Virus record (IMG/VR): IMGVR_UViG_3300048922_000467
Span: 1-64,000 of that record
Source of the DNA: a virus
DNA length: 64,000 nucleotides
Strand: one strand, 5' to 3'
The notes beneath the pieces were generated by a model, which was given only the letters and a program-made list of their open reading frames with translations, was not told where the DNA came from and did not search any database. The stretch's first letter is position 1. The number at the start of each line of letters is the position of its first letter. The translations under genes and the position numbers were made by a program. Shown here piece after piece: positions 57,893 through 64,000 of the stretch.

Positions 57893-57904
57893 GCGGGGCA
57901 CTCC

Positions 57905-59083
57905 TTAAGCGGCTTTGTCCAGGACTTCGGTGAGCCACTGGTTGGTCACTTCGACTTGGAAAGTGGGGTTCTCAGCCGGTGGCACGTCGGTGAAACGGAT
58001 GTTCCAGTACACCTTGCCCTGCTCGAGCTGGGTCGCGGTGTTCAGCACGGGATCTGCGTACACCTCGAAGTTGATGATCGCGCCCTGATTCTTGAGGTCG
58101 CGCATGAACGCCTGCAGGCCCTCGGTCACGTCCTTGACGTAGGTCGCGGTAATGCCTCGGTCGACCGCCCAGCGGTGGCCGTACAGGATCGCGTCCATGA
58201 CCATGTCCATGGTTCGCACGCGAGTGACGAAGGCCCACTTGGGATCGCTCGACAAGGTGCGGTTGCCCCACAGGCGGTAGCCGTCCTCGCGGATGATGGT
58301 TGTAACATTGGCGTTATTCAGCAGGTTGGCCCGGCAGGTCTCGTCGCCGTCCAGGAACTCGACGGAACGAGTGGTACCGGTGATGCCGACGAACTCCTTG
58401 TTGGACGGCGAGGCCCAGAAGCCGTACTCGGCATCAGTCCAGGCGAACAGGCCAGCGGTATAGGCAGAACCCGGCGCGTCGATGGTGGCATTTTTGGTGG
58501 TGTCCCAGTACTGCACGCCAGGGTCGACCATGAATACGCGCCTGGAACCGAAGTTCTTGGCGTAAGCCATGGCCGCCTCGTCCGTGGTGCCCGGCCCGTC
58601 GATGATGGCGAGCGCGCGCAGCTTGCCGGCCAGTGCATCCATGGCCGTGGCCACCGCCAGGGTCGCGCTGTGCTTGGGCGCGATCAGCAGACGCGGCTGG
58701 GCGTTGAAGCGGCTCTTGCCGTCCAGCAACGCCTGCAGGCCGCTACGCTTGCCGCTGGCCAGCACCCCGCCAATGATGGCCGAGGTTTGCGCGGCCGCAT
58801 CGGCAACCTTGGCCACACCGCACCCAACGATCACCGCCTTGGCCCGGACGAAGATCGCCTGACAGGCCTTGGTGATGGCTGCATCAGCGCCCCAGGCGGC
58901 GATCGCCTCGCGCTCGTTGGTGATCAGCAGCAGATCGCCGGCGGCCGCAGTCGGTGTGCTCGAGGCGCCGGGGCCTGGGGTGAAGGTGTCGACCAGGCCG
59001 ATGATCGAGGAAGACGGCAGCGCAATGCTGCGCGCCCCGGTGTCGACGTTCGAGACCGTGACGCCGTGAAAGAATCTAGCCAT
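57905..59083 (-). CDS. Tail sheath protein (FI)
   Basis: FHGVTV, G.W.SPSN, G.RLWGNRT. Confidence 0.95.
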   Translation of the reverse strand: MARFFHGVTVSNVDTGARSIALPSSSIIGLVDTFTPGPGASSTPTAAAGDLLLITNEREAIAAWGADAAITKACQAIFVRAKAVIVGCGVAKVADAAAQTSAIIGGVLASGKRSGLQALLDGKSRFNAQPRLLIAPKHSATLAVATAMDALAGKLRALAIIDGPGTTDEAAMAYAKNFGSRRVFMVDPGVQYWDTTKNATIDAPGSAYTAGLFAWTDAEYGFWASPSNKEFVGITGTTRSVEFLDGDETCRANLLNNANVTTIIREDGYRLWGNRTLSSDPKWAFVTRVRTMDMVMDAILYGHRWAVDRGITATYVKDVTEGLQAFMRDLKNQGAIINFEVYADPVLNTATQLEQGKVYWNIRFTDVPPAENPTFQVEVTNQWLTEVLDKAA

Positions 59084-59177
59084 AGAAAGGCTCCAGAAAT
59101 CACAAGGCCGCGACAAAGGCGCGGCCGGGGTACAAAAAAAGCCGCATAGCGGCTTGGGGGTGATCCGACAAAACGGG

Positions 59178-59642
59178 TCAGGCGGCGTTGCCTACTCCCT
59201 GTACGGCGGCCTTGATGGCAGCGATGGCCGCGTCGGTCACCGCCTCTACTGCTTCATGCGTGCCTGCCTTGAGCGCTTGCTGCTTGCCCTTGAGGCGCGC
59301 GGCGCGGATGGCATACAGCGCACCTTTCCAGGCTGCAGCCTCCGCCAAGATGCTGTCGGCGGCATCCTGGGGCGAAAGATCAGCGGCATCGATCCAGGCC
59401 TGGACTGTGGCTGGTACAGTACCCTTGTAGCCGGCTACGGCGAAGGCCTGGGCTTCCTCGGCGGCGATTCGGTACTCGAAGGCGCGCAGTGGGTCGCCCA
59501 GCACAGCCAGACGCGCCGCGTCAGCTGCCTGGTCGACCTGGCGGCAAGCCACCTGCAAGGCCGCACCAAAGGGCAAGGCCGTGAAGCCGAAGCCGATATA
59601 GGAATTGCCGGCGTAGTCAATGGTCAGGTTTTGCTTTTCCAT
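59178..59642 (-). CDS. Tail fibre assembly-like protein
   Basis: D.AAD.AR..V.GDPLR..EY, IR..RL.GK. Confidence 0.65.
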   Translation of the reverse strand: MEKQNLTIDYAGNSYIGFGFTALPFGAALQVACRQVDQAADAARLAVLGDPLRAFEYRIAAEEAQAFAVAGYKGTVPATVQAWIDAADLSPQDAADSILAEAAAWKGALYAIRAARLKGKQQALKAGTHEAVEAVTDAAIAAIKAAVQGVGNAA

Positions 59643-59654
59643 GGGTTTCCTCGC

Positions 59655-60410
59655 TTAGAGCGCGTTCAGGTTGGTCAGGACGTTGTTCAGCGATTTCGGG
59701 TCGGTACCCGAACTGACGCCAGCGATGTATTTACCCCCGAACCCGCTAGGGAACGTCGTGGAGTACACGTTCAGCGCGGTGGCACAGGTGCTTGGTCCCA
59801 CCAGAGCGCCGAAGAAAGAGGCATCCATGGTTACAGCCAGGGATTCCAGCGAAACGCCAATGATCGGCGGCAGGCTCGATCCGGAATTGGCCCGGATCAA
59901 CGAACACAGGCGCGTGTTGGTGGGAGCAGGCGAAACGCCGGCCGTGGAAGGGAACACCACGTCGACGTTACGGATCTCGATCGAGGACGATTGCGACAGC
60001 ATCAAGAAGCTGCTCAGGCTGGTGATGACACCATCGGCCTCGGTGCTCTGGCTGTATTTGGGCTTGAGCTTGGGCTGGGTCGCCGCAAAACCGCCGTAGA
60101 TGTACAGGTAAGCGCAGCTTGAGATGATGCGACTTTCCATGGTGTAGTCGGACAGCAGGTTGACCTGACAGGTACCGGCGGCAGGCGTCGACTTCAGTGC
60201 CTTCTCGATGGTCTTGAAGGGCGCTTCGCGGGTACCGGGGTTGGTGTCCAGGCCCACAGCCTGATCGACGTACCAGGAACGAGTCGTCTCTGGCACGGCG
60301 GCGATGGCTGCGGCCACTGCGCTATCGATCGAGTTCTTGCGCGCGTTGAAGTAGTCGATCAGCGAGGTCGCTTTGCTGGTCAAGGCTGCAATTTCGGTTT
60401 CGAGACTCAT
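59655..60410 (-). CDS. Distal tail fibre / receptor-binding protein candidate
   Basis: MSLE..IA.L coiled coil, YVD...G.D.N.G...PFKTI..A motif. Confidence 0.6.
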   Translation of the reverse strand: MSLETEIAALTSKATSLIDYFNARKNSIDSAVAAAIAAVPETTRSWYVDQAVGLDTNPGTREAPFKTIEKALKSTPAAGTCQVNLLSDYTMESRIISSCAYLYIYGGFAATQPKLKPKYSQSTEADGVITSLSSFLMLSQSSSIEIRNVDVVFPSTAGVSPAPTNTRLCSLIRANSGSSLPPIIGVSLESLAVTMDASFFGALVGPSTCATALNVYSTTFPSGFGGKYIAGVSSGTDPKSLNNVLTNLNAL

Positions 60411-60415
60411 GGGTC

Positions 60416-61294
60416 TTACGCTCCGTTGATGTGTTTGGTCAGTTGTGTTTGTGTGGAAAGGATCGCTTCGGCAGCGCTGATACCCATGCTGCGCACGCCT
60501 TCATGGTCGGTCGCATGCTGCTGTTCGGCTGCCGCCAACCGTTCCCCGTGTAGCGCCAGGCGATCACTGTTACTGGTCTGCCGTCGGCTCAATTCGGTCA
60601 GCTGGTCTTGTCGTTCAAGGCCGCGCTTCTGCTCGCTGATCAAGGCCTCGGCGGCGCTGATACCCATGCTCAAGAGGCCATCGTGGTCATCGACCTGACG
60701 TTGCTCGACTGCCCCCATTCGGTTGGTCAGATCCTCGATCAGGCGGGCAGCTCGCTCGCTGCTGACCTGCTGCCGCTTTGCCAGCGCCTCGAGATCGTCG
60801 CGCTGCAGCAAGCCGCGTAGTTGCTCACCCAGCAGGGCACTGGCTATGGCAGCCAGGGGAGCCGCGAGCGTCAGGTTAAGACCGGCCGCACCGCTGACGA
60901 TGGTCACGCTGTCCGCCGGCAGCGCCGACAGCGACAGGTCATAGGCCAGCAGTAGGTCGGTGCCGGCCGCTTTGTAGGTCAGGATCTCGGTCGGGTGCGA
61001 CCACACCGCGAGCAGCGTGCCGTCGGCCAGGACAAAGCCGATCTCCCGTACCCAAAACTCGGCATCACCGTCGGCCAAAGCGGTCAGGTGGATCAGCGTG
61101 TCGCTCAGCCGCTCGCCCCCTGCGATCGGGTACTTGGCCACCTGGGCGCGCAGGCTTTTCTGTGAGTTGCTGGGGGTGTAACCGGCAGTACCGAGCACGA
61201 CGTGGGTAATCTGCGCGGACAGCCCGGTGTTGGTCTCATTCCAGACCGCCCCCAAGCCGGCCTTGGTGATCACAGGTTGCAACGGGGTACTCAT
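60416..61294 (-). CDS. Proximal tail fibre (P2 gpH N-terminal-like) with duplicated coiled coil
   Basis: IT.AGL, FWVREIG....DG.L.AV. Confidence 0.75.
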   Translation of the reverse strand: MSTPLQPVITKAGLGAVWNETNTGLSAQITHVVLGTAGYTPSNSQKSLRAQVAKYPIAGGERLSDTLIHLTALADGDAEFWVREIGFVLADGTLLAVWSHPTEILTYKAAGTDLLLAYDLSLSALPADSVTIVSGAAGLNLTLAAPLAAIASALLGEQLRGLLQRDDLEALAKRQQVSSERAARLIEDLTNRMGAVEQRQVDDHDGLLSMGISAAEALISEQKRGLERQDQLTELSRRQTSNSDRLALHGERLAAAEQQHATDHEGVRSMGISAAEAILSTQTQLTKHINGA

Positions 61295-62103
61295 AAAACA
61301 GCCTCCATCGTGCCGCGCACGACGATACGGGCGCGGGCCGCATTGGCGACCTGCACGCTTGCCTGAACATGGATCGGTACGCCCAGCGCCTCGGCAAAGC
61401 CTCGAGACACCGCGCGCGCTTGGGTTGCGTTGGCCCAGTGCAAGGCCTGGGCCGACAGCGGCAGCGGTACGGCCGTCGCTTCCAGGGTCGTGCGGTGCAG
61501 CGCCTGCCCTTGCGTGGCGTTGGCCAGCTGCAGGGTCTGCGCCGAGGGATCGAGCGGCACCGGCTGGGCTTGGGCCGTTTTTCGATGCAGCAGGTAGGCC
61601 TGCCCGGCGTTGGCCATGGCCAGGCCGCCATCGAATCGCGCACCGAGCCGAAAGGTATAGTGACTGCGCTCGTTCTTCGCCGCGTCGACCAGGGCGCGTA
61701 GCCGCTGCTCGAGCTGCGGCGAAATGATCGTGCCTTCACCGCCTCGGTTCTCGTTGGCCCAGGCCGTGACCTGGAAGGTGTACGGCACCCCGTTTGGGAT
61801 CTCCCGCCAGTCCTTGAGATCGGCGTTGACGTTCACCGCCCGCAGTACCCGGCGGATAGCACCGACCGTGCCCTTGGTCTTGTGGATCGGTATCGCCTGG
61901 CGGATCAGGGCGCGCTGCTGGTCTTCGGTGTTGGCCGCCTCCCAGCCTTCGACCTTCATCGCCCAGCCAAGCCAGGGCAGGAAGTTCGGCGGACAGCGCG
62001 CCGAGTCCGCCACCCCACGGATGATGTCGGGGTCGACGTTCTGGTCGCAGGCCACTTCCAGCGCGCGCTCGAGCTGGGTCGCGTTGGGCGGTAGCAGGCT
62101 CAC
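61291..62103 (-). CDS. P2 gpI-like baseplate/tail protein
   Basis: LLPPNAT.LERAL, CP...LPWL.W, H..KGT. Confidence 0.9.
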   Translation of the reverse strand: MSLLPPNATQLERALEVACDQNVDPDIIRGVADSARCPPNFLPWLGWAMKVEGWEAANTEDQQRALIRQAIPIHKTKGTVGAIRRVLRAVNVNADLKDWREIPNGVPYTFQVTAWANENRGGEGTIISPQLEQRLRALVDAAKNERSHYTFRLGARFDGGLAMANAGQAYLLHRKTAQAQPVPLDPSAQTLQLANATQGQALHRTTLEATAVPLPLSAQALHWANATQARAVSRGFAEALGVPIHVQASVQVANAARARIVVRGTMEAVL

Positions 62104-63080
62104 GTCACCACCTTCGTATCCAGCGCGATGCCGGTGCAGTTGGGGTAGTGACGCTTATCGCTCAGCACGTCGCCCTTGGGCTGGACCAAGTCGACGCGCT
62201 GCACCCCGCTGACGTGCAGCGCGGCGTAGATGGCTGACAGCGACAGTTCGCCTTCCAGATCCCGCGCCTTGGCAATGGCCGCGTCCAGGCTGGCTTTTGC
62301 AGCCTTCTTGACCACGGCAGGCTCCGGGCCGCTGTCCAGCTCGAGCGTGGCCACCACCTTGAAGTCCACCGGCTGGCCCAGCTGGGCACGCGGTCGATCG
62401 GTGAGCGGTCGCACCGTCTCGGCAGACAGCGCAGCCTGCACCAGGTCCACCAGCGCTTGCGGCTTCTCCTGGCTGTCCAGCCGTGGCAGCACGGCCAGGG
62501 ACACGTCGCCGGGCAGCGGGTTGGCCAGGCCTGCGTCGTAATCGCAGACCAGAACGATGGCCCCGGCCGGCAACTGCGCGCGCACAGCCTCCGGTACCGC
62601 GACCCCGACAAAGGTCGGCGAGTCCACCGACACGCTGCCCACGCTCGCCGAGGCACTGAGGCCGTGATACTCGTAGGCACCGCGACTGCCGGCAACGGAC
62701 AGGGCCTCGAGCGACAGCCGCGTGCGGTAGCGCAGTGGCTCGTCCTTTTCCATGACGGCCTCGACCGGCGGTACCGCGTCAGGATCGGCCGGGATGAGGG
62801 TCAGCCGCTTGACCTCGTAGTCGGCCGCGCGGTTGTCCAGGTCAGCGCCCTTGGCATAGGCCAGCAAGCTCGACTTGGCCGCATCGTTGGTACGCGCCCG
62901 ACCGAGCATCTTCTGGTAGGCCGCGACCTCGAGCAGCTTCACGACCGGATCGGACTCGAGCAGCGCCGTCCATTGATCGCCCATCTGCGCGCGGAAGTTG
63001 TCGAGTACTTCCTGATAGAGCGCTTCGTACTCGAGCGTTTCCAACACGTCCGGCGGTGGCAGTAGAGAAAGATCGATCAT
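62100..63080 (-). CDS. Baseplate J protein
   Basis: IDLS.LPPP, ESDP..KLLE, AGS..AY, VRPLTD. Confidence 0.93.
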   Translation of the reverse strand: MIDLSLLPPPDVLETLEYEALYQEVLDNFRAQMGDQWTALLESDPVVKLLEVAAYQKMLGRARTNDAAKSSLLAYAKGADLDNRAADYEVKRLTLIPADPDAVPPVEAVMEKDEPLRYRTRLSLEALSVAGSRGAYEYHGLSASASVGSVSVDSPTFVGVAVPEAVRAQLPAGAIVLVCDYDAGLANPLPGDVSLAVLPRLDSQEKPQALVDLVQAALSAETVRPLTDRPRAQLGQPVDFKVVATLELDSGPEPAVVKKAAKASLDAAIAKARDLEGELSLSAIYAALHVSGVQRVDLVQPKGDVLSDKRHYPNCTGIALDTKVVT

Positions 63081-63403
63081 GCACTAACCTCCACGACCAG
63101 GGCGTTGCCCAGGTATTCGCCGCTCAGGCGCAGGCCGATCTGTCCGTCGATCACCGAGACCACCTGGACCCGCTCGAGCTTGATGCGCGGTTCCCAGCGG
63201 CCCAGCGCGCGGGCAACCTCGGCCTGCACGGCACTTTTCCAACCGTCGTTGACCGGCATGTCGACGTAGCGGCGCAAGGTGCTGCCGTAAGCCGGACGCA
63301 TGCGCCGACTCCCTACAGGGGTCGTCAGGATGTCGCCGATGGACTGCTTGAGGTGGTCAACCCCGGACAGCGATAGGCCCGTGCTGCGGTCGACGCCGAT
63401 CAT
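63077..63403 (-). CDS. gpW/GP25 baseplate wedge protein
   Basis: HL.QSI.DIL.TP.GSR.MR..YGS, WEPR. Confidence 0.92.
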   Translation of the reverse strand: MIGVDRSTGLSLSGVDHLKQSIGDILTTPVGSRRMRPAYGSTLRRYVDMPVNDGWKSAVQAEVARALGRWEPRIKLERVQVVSVIDGQIGLRLSGEYLGNALVVEVSA

Positions 63404-63407
63404 GGGG

Positions 63408-63638
63408 TCAGCCCTCGCGCACCAGGTCCGAATGCGCCTGCAGGAAGGCCATGGCCTCAGCGTCGTCTTCGGCAACGCTCACCAACTGTGCACGCACGGG
63501 CAGTTCGCGCATGCTGTCCGGCAGGATCAGCACGCGGGAGGTGAAAACGGTGTCGCGGAACGTCACCTGCGCCGGCGCCGGTGCGGCCTCGGTGGTGGTG
63601 GTGTCTGGATCTGCTGCAGTGGTCTTTTTCGTGGCCAT
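63408..63638 (-). CDS. Small hypothetical phage protein
   Basis: FRD..F.SR.LI motif; GGAG SD. Confidence 0.6.
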   Translation of the reverse strand: MATKKTTAADPDTTTTEAAPAPAQVTFRDTVFTSRVLILPDSMRELPVRAQLVSVAEDDAEAMAFLQAHSDLVREG

Positions 63639-63694
63639 GTGTGGCTCCAATGAAAGGCCCGCACGCGGCGGGCCTTGGAAGGGTTGGTGAGGGG

Positions 63695-64000
63695 TTAGCC
63701 GTGCTTGGCGACGGCCTTTTCGACTTCTACAGCCAGCGCAGTGGCCAGGGCCTGGGGCTTGGCCGTGCTTTGGATGTTGAGGTTGATCGTCACACTGCGC
63801 GCCGGCCCTTCGATGTAGCGGCCGCCGCTCAATGCGCGGCACAGGCCCTCAGCGATAACCTCTGGCTCGTTGTCGCCGGCCAGCAGCCGACGCCAGTAGT
63901 CGCGCATGCGGTACTGATCAAATTCCCCGGTGATCTGCCGAGCCACCATGGTGGCCACCGTCTCGCTGTCGACCCCGTTGATGGGTCCGCGTGTCTTGCT
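63695..64000 (-). CDS. Hypothetical protein (5' end probably outside window)
   Basis: Open frame to window edge; terminator at 63653-63677. Confidence 0.5.
   Translation of the reverse strand, partial: SKTRGPINGVDSETVATMVARQITGEFDQYRMRDYWRRLLAGDNEPEVIAEGLCRALSGGRYIEGPARSVTINLNIQSTAKPQALATALAVEVEKAVAKHG

Larger units (their letters stand above)
47937..64000. mobile_element. Prophage B: P2-like contractile-tail module with lysis cassette and terminal cargo
   Basis: W-J-I-H-FI-FII-E-T-U-X-D order, GH19 endolysin, spanins. Confidence 0.8.

Noticed and set aside
51635-63065. Many long plus-strand ORFs (e.g. 51635-52669, 57515-59149, 59154-60122)
   Set aside because: Shadows of GC-rich minus-strand tail genes
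50391-64000. R-type tailocin interpretation
   Set aside because: Flanked by att-like sequence and low-GC cargo rather than the usual housekeeping genes; not fully excluded because head genes lie outside the window
1-64000. tRNA/rRNA genes, CRISPR arrays, reverse transcriptase (DGR/retron), IS transposases, fibre invertase
   Set aside because: No supporting motifs found by eye; tRNAscan-SE, CRISPR finders and HMM searches would be needed to exclude them formally

Overview
Pseudomonas-type DNA containing two prophages in tandem. Prophage A (about 1-47,936; left end not visible) is a siphovirus-like element with a tyrosine integrase beside a dusA-like att core. It has its own replicon (divergent SF2 helicase and AEP primase-DUF669 fusion), umuDC, an MvaT-like silencer and many defence-like morons (TIR, FRG, AbiJ-like/HEPN, orphan AbiEi). 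Its structural gene order is scrambled, and no CI-type repressor is recognisable. Prophage B (about 47,937 to >64,000) is a GC-rich P2-like contractile-tail, baseplate and lysis module with low-GC cargo (HNH, ART-like). The most striking observations are all in prophage A: (1) a ~100-nt two-hairpin sRNA (43772-43873) complementary to a leader motif shared by replication, excision and other genes, a candidate RNA-based immunity system; (2) capsid and scaffold share an aligned 13-aa N-terminal leader, and a C39-like cysteine peptidase lies between terS and terL; (3) a perfect host-type parS site next to the capsid gene; (4) a duplicated ~140-bp IR-bounded element and a 34-bp inverted promoter/leader duplication at the putative origin. 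All functions are inferred by eye from sequence motifs; no database searches were run.
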